Shown: positions 27,717 to 40,640, counted from the stretch's first letter. The stretch is DNA of 64,000 bases from Vicinamibacteria bacterium (GCA_963764495.1 CAVXSR010000005.1:74206-138205), one strand, 5' to 3'. The notes: generated from the sequence alone by a model not told the origin. A program made the numbers and translations.

Positions 27717-28450
27717 GCGGCGCTCCGCAGGTGCAGCAGGAACTCCTGGTTGCCGGTCGCGCCGGTAATCGGGGACGGCGTCATCGCCACAGGCTCCAAT
27801 CCTACTGCACGCGCTGCGGCGCGGATCTCGTCGACGACCCGCTCGTGGATGGCCGAATCGAGCACGAGGCCGCCCTCGCCGACATCCTCGCGCCCGGCCT
27901 CGAACTGCGGCTTGACCAGGGCGATCACATCGGCCTGCAATGCCAGCGTCGCAGGCACTACGGGCAGGATGTGCCGGAGCGAGATGAACGACACATCGAT
28001 GGTCACGATATCAACCGGCCCAGGCAGATCAGCGGCCTTGAGAAACCGCGCATTGACGTGCTCGAGCACGACGACCCGCGGGTCGGTGCGAAGGCGCCAA
28101 TCGAGCTGGCCGTGGCCCACGTCGAGGGCGACCACCTGGCGGGCGCCGCGCTGGAGCAGCACGTCGGTGAACCCGCCCGTGGACGCGCCGATGTCGAGCG
28201 CGGCCCGCCCGCGCGCATCAATCGCAAACGTGTCGAGGGCGTGCGCCAGCTTGAGGCCGCCGCGGCCGACGTACGGGTGATCCGGTGTGATCAGCGTGAT
28301 CTCGGAATCGGCCGGCACGCTCGTTCCGGCTTTGGTGACAGGTGTTCCGTTGACCCGCACCTGCCCCGCCATGATGAGCGCCCGGGCGCGCTCGCGCGAC
28401 GGGGCGAGCTGGCGTTCGACGAGGAGCAGATCGAGGCGTTGGCGGGACAT
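27713..28450 (-). CDS. tlyA: TlyA family rRNA 2'-O-methyltransferase
   Basis: It begins MSRQRLDLLLVERQLAPSRERARALIMAGQVRVNG (S4 domain), followed by an FtsJ-type SAM fold (..LDIGASTGGFTDVLL..). The upstream part of ORF 27713..28537 is repeat sequence. Confidence 0.85.
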   Translation of the reverse strand: MSRQRLDLLLVERQLAPSRERARALIMAGQVRVNGTPVTKAGTSVPADSEITLITPDHPYVGRGGLKLAHALDTFAIDARGRAALDIGASTGGFTDVLLQRGARQVVALDVGHGQLDWRLRTDPRVVVLEHVNARFLKAADLPGPVDIVTIDVSFISLRHILPVVPATLALQADVIALVKPQFEAGREDVGEGGLVLDSAIHERVVDEIRAAARAVGLEPVAMTPSPITGATGNQEFLLHLRSAA

Positions 28451-28460
28451 GGCCGAAACG

Positions 28461-28615
28461 TGGCAGTGCCAAGTGCTAAGTGCGAAGTGCGAAGTGCCAA
28501 GTGGAGTGGGAAGTGGCAAGTGGACAGTGAGGGGCAACCCCTGAGGTGTTGCCCCTCACTCACCACTATTCACTCTTCACTCCACTTAGCACTTCGCACT
28601 TAGCACTTGGCACTA
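28461..28615. repeat. family C long hairpin, copy 3 (most regular)
   Basis: The left arm is agtgcca agtgcta agtgcga agtgcga agtgcca agtggag.. . The centre is agtgaggggcaac-ccct-gaggt-gttgcccctcact. The right arm is its complement minus one heptamer. It fills the xseB-tlyA spacer. Confidence 0.9.
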
Positions 28616-28867
28616 TTTCGTCTCTCCCAGTCCCGGCGGCGCGGGCTTGAGGTCGCCGCGCTCGTTCAGGATCTCGATGCGGCGCTCGGCCTGCTCGAGG
28701 CGCGAATGGCAGAACCGGGACAGCTCGACGCCGCGTTCGTAGAGCGCGAGCGACGACTCGAGCGTCAGGTCGCCGTCTTCGAGGCGTTTGACGATCGACT
28801 CGAGCTCGGTCAGCGCGGCCTCGAAGTCCTTGATCGTCTCGATCGGGGCGGAATCCTTGATCGTCAT
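28613..28867 (-). CDS. xseB: exodeoxyribonuclease VII small subunit
   Basis: It contains ..FEAALTELESIVKRLEDGDLTLESSLALYERGVELSRFC.. . Confidence 0.9.
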   Translation of the reverse strand: MTIKDSAPIETIKDFEAALTELESIVKRLEDGDLTLESSLALYERGVELSRFCHSRLEQAERRIEILNERGDLKPAPPGLGETK

Positions 28868-30279
28868 GATTGCGCGTCCGGCTCGACGCGAGTGACCGCG
28901 CAGGCGATCTCCCCCTCGCCGAGTGTCACTCGTACGGCGTCGCCCGCGGAGACGTCCGCGGCGCGACGGATGATCCTGGCACGCGCGCCATCCCAGCAGA
29001 CGGCGTAGCCGCGACCCAGGACGGCCAGCGGGCTCAACGAATGCAGACGTCCGACACTCGCCGAGAATTGCGCCGTGGTTCGCTGCTGCCGCCGCCGAAC
29101 ACCGGCAAGGAGCCGCGCGTCGAGCGTGCCGAGCTGCCCCCTCGACCGTGCCAGTCGCGCGCGGGGATCGTGCCGCGCCAGCGAGCGGCCGAGGATCGCG
29201 ATCCGGCGCCCATCACGGGCGGCACGCTCGGTCATGGCGCGCTGCAGCGCCTGACCGAGCTCCATGACGTGGCGGCCGCGCATCGCCACGCTCGCCCGTA
29301 CGGCGGCAAGCCCGCGGCGGCTTTCGAGCGCGTGCACGCGCGACCGCGCACCCAGCAGCCGCCGATCGAGTACGGCGCGAACGCGCTCCAGGTGTCGATC
29401 GATCCGCGCGACGAATTCGTCGCGTCGCGCCACGACCGTCTCGGCGGCCGCCGATGGCGTGGCGCACCGGAGATCGGCCGCGAAGTCGGCGATGGTCACG
29501 TCCGTTTCGTGGCCGACGCCGGAGATGACCGGCACCTCGCAGCGGACGATGGCGCGCGCGACCATCTCCTCGTTGAACGCCCAGAGATCCTCAATCGATC
29601 CGCCGCCGCGCACGAGCAGCACGACGTCCACGCCGGGCACCCGGCCAACCGCCCCCAGCGCGCGAGCCAGGTCCGGCGCGGCACCGTCGCCCTGTACGCG
29701 CGCCGGCCTGATCACGATATGCGCCTGCGGATAGCGGCGGCCCAGCACCGAGAGCACGTCGCGGACGGCAGCGCCCTCGAGCGAGGTGACGAGGCCAATC
29801 TTGCGCGGCAAGATCGGCAGCGGACGCTTCCGCGACTGCTCGAACAGTCCCTCTCCGGCCAGCCGCCGTTTCAGCTGGTCGAAGGCGAGCTGGAGCGCGC
29901 CCAGCCCGCGCGGTTCGAGCGACTCGCAGACGATCTGGTATTCGCCCTTCGTGTCGTAGACGCTCAGGCGGCCGCGCGCCACGACGTGCTGGCCATCCTG
30001 GACTTTGAACTTCAGGAGCCGTGCGGCCGACCGGAACATCACGGCGCGGATCTGGGCACCGGCGTCCTTCAGCGTGAAGTAGAGATGTCCGGTGTTCCAG
30101 GCGCGACAGTTGGAGATCTCGCCTTCGACGTGGACGTCGCTGAACCCCATTTCGAGCGCGGCACGGATATCGGCGGTCAGCTCGCTGACGGTGAAAATCG
30201 GCGGCGGCTGCGGCGCCCGCGGCCGCTCTTCCCGTCGCGGCTCGGCATCGTCGAACGGCAGATCGAACAGAGAAGGCAT
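28864..30279 (-). CDS. xseA: exodeoxyribonuclease VII large subunit
   Basis: It contains ..FTVSELTADIRAALE..VHVEGEISNCR..GHLYFTLKD.. and ..LLVRGGGSIEDLWAFNEE.. . Confidence 0.9.
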   Translation of the reverse strand: MPSLFDLPFDDAEPRREERPRAPQPPPIFTVSELTADIRAALEMGFSDVHVEGEISNCRAWNTGHLYFTLKDAGAQIRAVMFRSAARLLKFKVQDGQHVVARGRLSVYDTKGEYQIVCESLEPRGLGALQLAFDQLKRRLAGEGLFEQSRKRPLPILPRKIGLVTSLEGAAVRDVLSVLGRRYPQAHIVIRPARVQGDGAAPDLARALGAVGRVPGVDVVLLVRGGGSIEDLWAFNEEMVARAIVRCEVPVISGVGHETDVTIADFAADLRCATPSAAAETVVARRDEFVARIDRHLERVRAVLDRRLLGARSRVHALESRRGLAAVRASVAMRGRHVMELGQALQRAMTERAARDGRRIAILGRSLARHDPRARLARSRGQLGTLDARLLAGVRRRQQRTTAQFSASVGRLHSLSPLAVLGRGYAVCWDGARARIIRRAADVSAGDAVRVTLGEGEIACAVTRVEPDAQS

Positions 30280-31115
30280 CAGCGCCGTCCTGCTGCGGTT
30301 TCCTCGTCGGAGAGGGTCGAAGAGAGCGCGTCCAGGTCGTCCATCGAATAGCTCACTCGCTCGATCCGCGTGGCGCGTCCGGTCTCGTCGTTGGCCGTGA
30401 TCACGACGCCGTGCAGCCGGGGATCGCCCGAGGCCGGCTCGAATCGCGCCGGCAGCCCGGTGAGGAAGCGCTGGAGGACGGCCGCCTTCTCGACGCCGAT
30501 GACGCCATCATGCGGTCCGGTCATGCCGACGTCGGTCAGGTAGGCGGTTCCTCCAGGGAGCACGCGCTCGTCCGCGGTCTGCACGTGGGTGTGGGTGCCG
30601 ATCACGGCGGTGACCTTGCCGTCGAGGAACCAGCCCATTGCCTGTTTCTCTGACGTGACCTCGGCGTGAAAGTCTACGAGGATGATGCGCGCGCGCTCGG
30701 ACATCGCCGCCACCTCGCGCTCCGCGATTCGGAACGGGTCGTCGAGGCTTGCCATGTGCACGCGTCCCATCACGTTCAGGACGCCGACGCTGCGCCCGTT
30801 CCGCGCGCGCGCCACGAAGCTGCCGCGGCCCGGCGCGTCAGGGTAGTTGGCCGGGCGCAGCACGCGCGCCTCGGCGCCGAGATACTCGTAGATTTCCTTC
30901 TTGTCCCAGATGTGATTGCCCGACGTGATCACGTCGACGCCCTGCGAGAGGAGCTGATCGCCGATCTCGCGCGTCAGCCCGTTGCCCCCCGCCGCGTTTT
31001 CGCCGTTGGCGATGACGAAGTCCACCTGGTGATGCGCCACCACCGGCTCGAGCCCGTGTCGCACGAGATCGCGGCCTGGACGGCCGAAGATGTCGCCGAT
31101 GAAGAGCAGTTTCAT
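30279..31115 (-). CDS. YmdB-like (TIGR00282-type) metallophosphoesterase
   Basis: It begins MKLLFIGDIFGRPGR and contains ..VIANGENAAGGNGLT.., ..ITSGNHIWDKKE.. and ..VDFHAEVTSEK.. . Its ATG overlaps the hsp20 stop (ATGA). Confidence 0.8.
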   Translation of the reverse strand: MKLLFIGDIFGRPGRDLVRHGLEPVVAHHQVDFVIANGENAAGGNGLTREIGDQLLSQGVDVITSGNHIWDKKEIYEYLGAEARVLRPANYPDAPGRGSFVARARNGRSVGVLNVMGRVHMASLDDPFRIAEREVAAMSERARIILVDFHAEVTSEKQAMGWFLDGKVTAVIGTHTHVQTADERVLPGGTAYLTDVGMTGPHDGVIGVEKAAVLQRFLTGLPARFEPASGDPRLHGVVITANDETGRATRIERVSYSMDDLDALSSTLSDEETAAGRR

Positions 31116-31585
31116 GCGCCGGAGGAAGGCGACCCGGCAATCACCGGGACCTCGATGCCGCGGCCGCGGCGATCGGCCAGCTTGGGCAGCGTGATGCGCA
31201 ACTCGCCGCCAGCCAGCGTCGCGCGGACGCGCGAGCCATCGAAGGCGCCCGTCAGCCGCACCGCACGGGCGAAGCGTCCGGATCCACGCTCGACCAAGTG
31301 ATAGCCACCAGCGCCGGGCCCCGGCGAGTCCGCCCATTTTTCCCCGGCGACGAGCACGACGCTGCCTTTGATCAGCACGCGGACGCCGGTCGCGGGGACA
31401 CCCGGCAGATCCATGAGGATTTGCAGGGTTTCATCCGTCTCGAGCACGTCCAGCGGCGGCAGACAGTCGCCCGCCGCCGTAGCCCGACCGGCGGAAGCGT
31501 GCCCCAGCTCCTGGAAGAGCCGGCGGACGTCCTCGGTCAGATCGCCAAGTTCCCCCGATAACAACACACCCGGCCAACCCACCAT
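31112..31585 (-). CDS. Hsp20/alpha-crystallin family small heat-shock protein
   Basis: It contains ..PPLDVLETDETLQILMDLPGV..GELRITLPK.. . Confidence 0.8.
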   Translation of the reverse strand: MVGWPGVLLSGELGDLTEDVRRLFQELGHASAGRATAAGDCLPPLDVLETDETLQILMDLPGVPATGVRVLIKGSVVLVAGEKWADSPGPGAGGYHLVERGSGRFARAVRLTGAFDGSRVRATLAGGELRITLPKLADRRGRGIEVPVIAGSPSSGA

Positions 31586-31632
31586 GGTCCTAAGGATCGC
31601 ACAGGTGGGAAGTCTTCGGAGCCAGCCCGGTA

Positions 31633-31696
31633 CTGGGGACAGGCCCCAATCAATAGCGAGGTTGGGGCCTGTCCCCAGGGTGGGGCCTGTCCCCAG
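31633..31696. repeat. family E (CTGGGGACAGGCCCC) inverted plus direct copies
   Basis: The 15-mer occurs at 31633-47 and its complement at 31664-78 and 31682-96. Confidence 0.8.
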
Positions 31697-31763
31697 AGCC
31701 CAATCAAGTTCGCGGCTGTCCGCGGTCGAGCAAATTTGAGCGTTACTTACTAAGATAAACTTA

Positions 31764-31792
31764 TTGACATGGACTCACTTCGTCTCTATACT
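31764..31792 (+). promoter_or_regulatory. near-consensus sigma70 promoter for dnaK
   Basis: The sequence is TTGACA-17 nt-TATACT in the only AT-rich patch of the hsp20/dnaK divergent region. A GGGAGG SD lies 9 nt before the ATG at 31826. Confidence 0.65.
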
Positions 31793-31825
31793 GTTCTAGA
31801 CTTTTGAAGAGGGAGGCATTTAGAG

Positions 31826-33718
<1,893 letters not shown>

Positions 33719-33721
<3 letters not shown>

Positions 33722-33848
33722 GGCGCATGGGCACATGGGTTCATGGGCGCATGGGTTCATGGGCGCATGGGGACGGGCGTCGGGGTTGACCGAGCGTTCC
33801 CTCTGCGCTCATGCGCCTATGCCCTCATGCGCCTATGCCCTGATGCGC
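33719..33848. repeat. family B long hairpin, copy 2
   Basis: The left arm reads TAAGGCGCATGGG cacatggg ttcatggg cgcatggg ttcatggg cgcatgggg and the right arm reads ..ctcatgcgcctatgccctcatgcgcctatgccctgatgcgc. It lies between dnaK and hsp20. Confidence 0.75.
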
Positions 33849-33864
33849 GACAAGGAGACGGCCA

Positions 33865-34311
33865 ATGAACATTGTTCGATTCGATCCATTTCGTGAAGCG
33901 GCGTTTCTTCAGGACCGCATGAACCGCGTGTTCGGCGATCTGAGCCGGCGGTTTGACGACGACGTGACGGCGCGGGGCGCGTGGGTGCCGCCCGTCGACA
34001 TCTTCGAGAACGGCGAGCACGAGCTCGTGCTGAAGGCGGAGCTGCCCGACCTCAAGCGCGAGGACATCGACATCCGCGTCGAGAACAACGCGCTGACGCT
34101 CAGCGGCCAGAAGAAGGCGGAGCAGGAGGTGAACGAGGACCGCTACCACCGGATCGAGCGGACGTTCGGGCACTTCAGCCGCACCTTCACCCTCCCGACC
34201 ACCGTGGACACGGGCAAAATCGCCGCGGAATACAAGAACGGCGTCCTGACCGTGAAGCTGCCGCGACGCGAGGACGCCCGGCCAAAGCAGATCCAGGTCC
34301 AGATCAACTGA
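33865..34311 (+). CDS. Hsp20/alpha-crystallin family small heat-shock protein
   Basis: It contains ..WVPPVDIFENGEHELVLKAELPDLKREDIDIRVENNALTLSGQKK..GVLTVKLPR.. . An AAGGAG SD precedes the start. Confidence 0.9.
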   Translation: MNIVRFDPFREAAFLQDRMNRVFGDLSRRFDDDVTARGAWVPPVDIFENGEHELVLKAELPDLKREDIDIRVENNALTLSGQKKAEQEVNEDRYHRIERTFGHFSRTFTLPTTVDTGKIAAEYKNGVLTVKLPRREDARPKQIQVQIN

Positions 34312-34433
34312 GGTTGACGGCCGCGCGCCGTTGACTGAAGATGGGGGGTTCGCGCCCGCTGCCTGAAGGCGGCGGGCCGCCCTGGACAGGCGGATTCAGC
34401 CCCGCCATAACAACAAAGACGGAGGGTTCACAT

Positions 34434-34745
34434 ATGAGCGTACGTCCTTTGCGTGATCGCGTAGTCCTCGAGCGCGTCGCCGAAGCGGAAGAGAAAGTAG
34501 GCGGCATCATCATCCCCGACACCGCCAAGGAAAAGCCTCAGCAGGGCAAGGTCATCGCGGTCGGCACCGGGCGCGTCACGGACAAGGGCGACGTCCTGCC
34601 CCTCGACGTGAAGGCCGGCGATACCGTGCTCTTCGGCAAGTACTCGGGCAGCGAGATCAAGATTGACGGCAAGGAATATCTCATCGTGCGCGAGGACGAG
34701 ATCCTCGGCGTCGTCGAAGGCGTGCGGGAATTGGCCGCCGTCTAG
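34434..34745 (+). CDS. groES: co-chaperonin GroES
   Basis: The protein begins [44 protein letters not shown].. . A GGAGGG SD precedes the start. Confidence 0.95.
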   Translation: MSVRPLRDRVVLERVAEAEEKVGGIIIPDTAKEKPQQGKVIAVGTGRVTDKGDVLPLDVKAGDTVLFGKYSGSEIKIDGKEYLIVREDEILGVVEGVRELAAV

Positions 34746-36458
<1,713 letters not shown>

Positions 36459-36530
36459 CCGCAAAATCGGGCGGGATCCCGGACGGATCCGCCGGGTCCC
36501 GCCCCCGGCGTGTGCTACGCTAAAGAGCTG

Positions 36531-36800
36531 ATGGCTATGGACGAGGTCAACGACGTTCTTGAGGCTGCCGACACTTCCGAGGCGCATCCGCCTGAAATTG
36601 TCGACCCGCCCGCGAGCCGGTTCCTGTTCGTCGACGTGGCGGCGATGCGCGCGAAGCAGCTCCGGCGCGGCGCGCTGGCCCGGCTGGGCACCAACGAGGG
36701 GCATCACCCCCTGAAGGCCGAGCGAATCGCGATGGAAGAGACCCGCCGCGGGCTGGTCAGCTACGACCTGCCGGCATTCAAGGCCCCCGTCGCCCAGTAG
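36531..36800 (+). CDS. rpoZ: DNA-directed RNA polymerase omega subunit-like protein
   Basis: It contains ..SRFLFVDVAAMRAKQLRRGA..HPLKAERIAMEE.. . The start is ambiguous (36510, 36531 or 36537). The TAG stop lies in a truncated repeat terminus, CAGTAGGGCCGCAC. Confidence 0.5.
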   Translation: MAMDEVNDVLEAADTSEAHPPEIVDPPASRFLFVDVAAMRAKQLRRGALARLGTNEGHHPLKAERIAMEETRRGLVSYDLPAFKAPVAQ

Positions 36801-36817
36801 GGCCGCACCGCGCCCAT

Positions 36818-36844
36818 GGTTTCACCCATCCGGTGAAACTTTTC
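36818..36844 (+). terminator. intrinsic terminator after the rpoZ-like gene
   Basis: The sequence is GGTTTCACC-catcc-GGTGAAAC followed by TTTTCG. Confidence 0.55.
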
Positions 36845-36875
36845 GACCCCAGCAACCGTAAAAGCCGGTATTACC

Positions 36876-37217
36876 GTGCTGGCACTGGCATCGCTGATCC
36901 TTGTGGCGTTGATTCTCGCCGCGGTTGTATCGGTCGGCGCGCTGATCCTGCGGGCCGCCTTCTGGGCGATTCTCCTGCCGTTCAAGATCGTCTTCGGGCT
37001 GTTGTTCGTCCCGTTCTGGATCGGCAAGACGGTGCTGAAGCTCACCTTCGGCCTGGTGCTCGTGCCGGTCTTCCTGGTCGGCGGGATTCTCCTCGCGATC
37101 GTCGCCGCGCTGGCGGCCATCGTCGCGATCATCACACCCCTTCTCCCGTTCGCGATCGTCGCCTTCCTACTCTGGATGGTGTTCCGCAGCTTCGGCCGTC
37201 CGGCGATCACGGCATAA
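36876..37217 (+). CDS. small hydrophobic membrane protein (about 4 TM), unknown function
   Basis: The 113 aa protein is almost entirely hydrophobic helices. It shows a strong G/C third-position codon bias like neighbouring genes. It has a GTG start and no obvious SD. Confidence 0.5.
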   Translation: MLALASLILVALILAAVVSVGALILRAAFWAILLPFKIVFGLLFVPFWIGKTVLKLTFGLVLVPVFLVGGILLAIVAALAAIVAIITPLLPFAIVAFLLWMVFRSFGRPAITA

Positions 37218-37312
37218 GGGCATAGGCACATAGGGCATAGGGACATAGGAGTTTCGGGCAACGCCCCGGTCTCCCGATGTTCCTATGTTCCATGCCCCCA
37301 TGAGCCAATGCG
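37215..37312. repeat. family B long hairpin, copy 3 (CATAGGNN variant)
   Basis: The left arm reads TAAGGGCATAGG cacatagg gcataggg acatagga and the right arm reads tcctatgttccatgcccccatgagccaatgcgcc. It overlaps the gatA 3' end. Confidence 0.7.
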
Positions 37313-38755
37313 CCTTTTCCACCAGTCTGTCGCGCGCTCGAATGCGTCCGCGGCTCGCAGCAGCGTCGCTTCGTCGAACGCGCGCCCAGTGAATTGCAGG
37401 CCAATCGGCAGACACTCCGCTGACATTCCGCAGGGGATGCTGATCGCCGGCAGGCCCGAGAGGTTGGCGCTGACGGTGAAGACATCCGCCAGGTACATCT
37501 GGAGCGGGTCGTCGGTCTTCTCTCCAAGCCGGAACGGCGGTGTCGGGCTGGTCGGCATCGCGACGACATCCACATCCGCGAACGCGCGCTCGTAGTCCCG
37601 CCGAATCAACGTCCGCACCTGCTGCGCCTTCAGATAGTACGCATCGTAGTAACCTGCGCTGAGGACGTACGTTCCCAGCATGATGCGGCGCTTCACTTCC
37701 GGTCCGAACGCCTCGTCGCGCGTCCGGAAATACATCGAGTGCAGCGTACGGGCGTCGGGCGTCCGGTAGCCATAGCGCACGCCGTCATAGCGGGCCAGGT
37801 TGGAGCTGGCCTCCGCGGTCGCGACCAGGTAATAGACGGGAATCGCGTGACCGGCGTGCGGGAGCTCCACGTCGACAACGGTAGCGCCGCTGGCCGCCAA
37901 CGCGCGCAGGGCCTCGTCGAAGGCCGTCAGCACGTCCGGGTCGACGCCATCCCCGAGCAGCGATCTCGGCACCCCGATGCGCAGTCCGGACACATCCCCG
38001 GTGAGTGCCGCCTCGTAGTCCGGAACGTCCTGCGCCACGGCGGTCGCATCGCGTGGATCCGGCCCGGCCAGCACGCCAAGAAGCGTGGCCGCATCCGCGG
38101 CCGTCCGTGTCAGCGGGCCGATCTGGTCGAGCGAGGATGCGAACGCGATCAGACCATAGCGTGACACTCGACCGTAGGTTGGCTTCAGTCCGACGATGCC
38201 GCAGAGGGCGGCCGGCTGACGGATTGAGCCACCGGTGTCGGAGCCGAGCGCTGCCGGCACCAGACCGCCGGCCACGGCCACCGCGGATCCTCCGCTCGAG
38301 CCGCCGGGTGTGCGATCGGTGTCCCAGGGATTCCGCACCGGCCCGAATGCCGAGTTCTCGTTCGACGATCCCATCGCAAACTCGTCACAGTTGGTCTTGC
38401 CGACGATCACGGCGCCGGCTTCCTCGAGCCGCTCGACGACGGTCGCGTCGTAGGGCGGCACATAGTGCTCCAGCACTCGCGAAGACGCGGTTGTGATCAC
38501 GCCGCGGGTGCAGAGGTTGTCCTTCAGCGCGATCGGGACGCCGTGCAGCGGGCCGCGAGACTCGGGCGGCACCCGATCGAGTGCCGCCGCGCGCGCGAGC
38601 GCGCGTTCTTTGGTCACGGTGTTGAAGGCGTGAAGGGCGGCGTCGCCCGATTCGATAGCGTCGAGGCTTGCCGAGCACGCCTCGGCCGCGGAAATGCGCC
38701 CCGCCGCCACGGCGTCCCGCACGCCGCGGACCGTCGAGAGATCCGGGGCCGCCAT
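37283..38755 (-). CDS. gatA: Asp-tRNA(Asn)/Glu-tRNA(Gln) amidotransferase subunit A
   Basis: It carries the amidase signature ..[33 protein letters not shown].. . The last residues (..GSWGHGT*) are encoded by a repeat arm. Confidence 0.92.
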   Translation of the reverse strand: MAAPDLSTVRGVRDAVAAGRISAAEACSASLDAIESGDAALHAFNTVTKERALARAAALDRVPPESRGPLHGVPIALKDNLCTRGVITTASSRVLEHYVPPYDATVVERLEEAGAVIVGKTNCDEFAMGSSNENSAFGPVRNPWDTDRTPGGSSGGSAVAVAGGLVPAALGSDTGGSIRQPAALCGIVGLKPTYGRVSRYGLIAFASSLDQIGPLTRTAADAATLLGVLAGPDPRDATAVAQDVPDYEAALTGDVSGLRIGVPRSLLGDGVDPDVLTAFDEALRALAASGATVVDVELPHAGHAIPVYYLVATAEASSNLARYDGVRYGYRTPDARTLHSMYFRTRDEAFGPEVKRRIMLGTYVLSAGYYDAYYLKAQQVRTLIRRDYERAFADVDVVAMPTSPTPPFRLGEKTDDPLQMYLADVFTVSANLSGLPAISIPCGMSAECLPIGLQFTGRAFDEATLLRAADAFERATDWWKRRIGSWGHGT

Positions 38756-39054
38756 CAGCCGATGACTCGGGGAACGCGAAAGAACCCGGCGTCGGGCGCG
38801 GCGTCAGGCGCCTGGCTCAAGACGACGTCGCGATCCAACCCTGGCCGGACAGAGTCGTCGCGTTCGATCGGCGCGCCGGCGAGGACCTGTGACGTGGGAG
38901 GGACGCCGCTGGTATCGATGGCCTGAATCTGCTGCGCATAGCGCAGGATGTCGCCGAGCTGGCGCGTAAACATCTCGATTTCCGCGTCGGTCAGCGCCAG
39001 ATTTGCGAGCTGGGCAATGCGCTCGACTTCGCCGCGAGTCAGCCCGTCGGCCAT
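38755..39054 (-). CDS. gatC: Asp-tRNA(Asn)/Glu-tRNA(Gln) amidotransferase subunit C
   Basis: The protein begins [43 protein letters not shown].. . Its stop overlaps the gatA ATG. Confidence 0.88.
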   Translation of the reverse strand: MADGLTRGEVERIAQLANLALTDAEIEMFTRQLGDILRYAQQIQAIDTSGVPPTSQVLAGAPIERDDSVRPGLDRDVVLSQAPDAAPDAGFFRVPRVIG

Positions 39055-39088
39055 CGTCCGTGATGCTAGCATAGGCCTCGCACACCCC

Positions 39089-39937
39089 ATGACCGGCGGC
39101 TCTTCCCCGATGCGCCGGCTGGCATTTGCCGGGCGCTGGTATACCGGCGATCCAAATCGGCTCGCTGAAGAAGTCGAAGCCATGCTCGCAGCGGTCTCGC
39201 CGCCCACCGTGACCGCGCGAGCTGTGGTCGCGCCGCACGCAGGCCTGCAATATTCCGGATCTGTCGCGGCCTGGAGCTATCGGGCGCTGAGCCAACGGGC
39301 GTGCGACGTCGTGGTGCTCGTGGGTCCGTCGCATCGCGTGGCGTTTCCGGGCTGCGCGATGCTTGGCCACGGCGCGATCGAGACGCCGTGGAAGCCGCTG
39401 CCCATCGATGCAGACCTCGCACGCGCGCTGGCCGAACAGACGCCATGGCTGCGTGAGACGGGCGAGCACATCCATGCGGCCGAGCACTCCCTCGAGTTGC
39501 AGTTGCCATTTCTCGCACACGTGCTGCCCGGCATCCCCGTCGTGCCGATCCTGATGGGCGAGCAGACCCGTCGCGTCGCATTTGCCGTCGGCGACGCGAT
39601 TGCAGACGTTGCGCGCGGCAGAGATGTGGCGCTCGTGGCGAGCAGCGACCTGTCCCACTACCACGACGCCGTCACTGCCGGTGTGCTGGATGCGGAGATT
39701 CTCGATGCGCTGGACCGACGCGACCCCTCGCTGCTGATGGACCGTCTCGAGCACAATCCACACCACGCGTGCGGCGGAGGGCCGATGGCGGCGGTTCTGC
39801 ACGCGGCAATACGCCTCGGCGCCGCGGACGGTGGCGTGCTCAAGTACGCCGATTCTGGAGACGTGACAGGCGACAAGTCGCAGGTCGTCGGATACGTCGC
39901 CGCCGCGTACGTGGAGTCCGGGCGAGATGCTGCCTGA
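39089..39937 (+). CDS. AmmeMemoRadiSam system protein B (Memo-like)
   Basis: It contains ..AGRWYTGDP.., ..VVAPHAGLQYSG.., ..GPSH.., ..EHSLELQLPFL.. and ..SSDLSHYH.. . Confidence 0.75.
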   Translation: MTGGSSPMRRLAFAGRWYTGDPNRLAEEVEAMLAAVSPPTVTARAVVAPHAGLQYSGSVAAWSYRALSQRACDVVVLVGPSHRVAFPGCAMLGHGAIETPWKPLPIDADLARALAEQTPWLRETGEHIHAAEHSLELQLPFLAHVLPGIPVVPILMGEQTRRVAFAVGDAIADVARGRDVALVASSDLSHYHDAVTAGVLDAEILDALDRRDPSLLMDRLEHNPHHACGGGPMAAVLHAAIRLGAADGGVLKYADSGDVTGDKSQVVGYVAAAYVESGRDAA

Positions 39938-40463
39938 CGCCGACCGCGCGGCGCTGATCGCCCTGGCGCGCGATGCCGTGACCAGCGCGGTCTGCGGCGG
40001 CGCGCTACCGGAGCCGGCTGAGACCGACATCTTCACGCGAGTCGCCGGCGCCTTCGTGACGCTGAGCATCCGTGGCGAACTGCGCGGGTGCATAGGTCAG
40101 GTCGAACCGCGCGATCCGGTCGGCGCCGTCATCGTCCACTGCGCCGCAGCTGCCGCCCTCGAGGACCCGCGGTTTCCGCCGGTGTCGCCGATCGAGGTGG
40201 CCTCGCTCGACATCGAGGTGTCGCTGCTGACGCCGGCCGAAGAGGTGATCGACGTCGATCGCATCGAGATCGGCCGACATGGCCTCATCGTGTCGCATGG
40301 CGGATGTCGCGGTCTGCTGCTGCCGCAAGTCGCGACCGAGCACGGATGGTCACGGGAGCAGTTTCTCGTGCAGACGTGCCGGAAGGCCGGGCTTGCCAAG
40401 GACGCCTGGCAGCGCGGAGCGAAGATTTATTGTTTTGAGGCAGAGGTCTTCGGCGATCGTTAA
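39927..40463 (+). CDS. AmmeMemoRadiSam system protein A (AMMECR1 domain)
   Basis: It contains ..GAFVTLSIRGELRGCIG.., ..DPRFPPV.., ..GRHGLIVSHGGCRGLLLPQV.. and ..CRKAGL.. . It overlaps protein B by 11 nt. Confidence 0.8.
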   Translation: MLPDADRAALIALARDAVTSAVCGGALPEPAETDIFTRVAGAFVTLSIRGELRGCIGQVEPRDPVGAVIVHCAAAAALEDPRFPPVSPIEVASLDIEVSLLTPAEEVIDVDRIEIGRHGLIVSHGGCRGLLLPQVATEHGWSREQFLVQTCRKAGLAKDAWQRGAKIYCFEAEVFGDR

Positions 40464-40467
40464 GTGT

Positions 40468-40633
40468 GTGGAGGCGGGCCTTCCGCCGTCGCTCGGAAGC
40501 TTCGGCGGACCGCCGTAGCCTTGGCGGAGACTGGTCAGGCCCGCCATCGCGATCGCGGGGCTAAAGTCCCGTCGCCACACCGATATCTGTAGGGTTCGGG
40601 TCCGCCCTGGCGGAGCTAAAGCTCCGCCCTACT
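40468..40633. repeat. family A cluster; the first hairpin carries a 53 nt nested insert in its loop
   Basis: The structure is ggcgggccTT[40483-40535 insert]CAggcccgcc. Further hairpins lie at 40555-40575 and 40609-40628. Confidence 0.85.
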
Positions 40634-40640
40634 CTTGAAT

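Noticed and set aside
18000-28615. Family C arms contain AGTGCTAA and TTAGCACT, the half-sites of the HrcA operator CIRCE
   Set aside because: The half-sites are in the wrong relative order and about 100 nt apart instead of 9 nt. They are embedded in heptamer arrays, and none of the three copies is next to a heat-shock gene. The dnaK and groES upstream regions lack the motif.
31741-31763. Possible HAIR/HspR-like inverted repeat (TTGAGCG..ACTAAG, CTTACTAAG) upstream of the dnaK -35
   Set aside because: It matches the CTTGAGT-N7-ACTCAAG consensus only weakly and has the wrong spacing, so it is not supportable from one locus.
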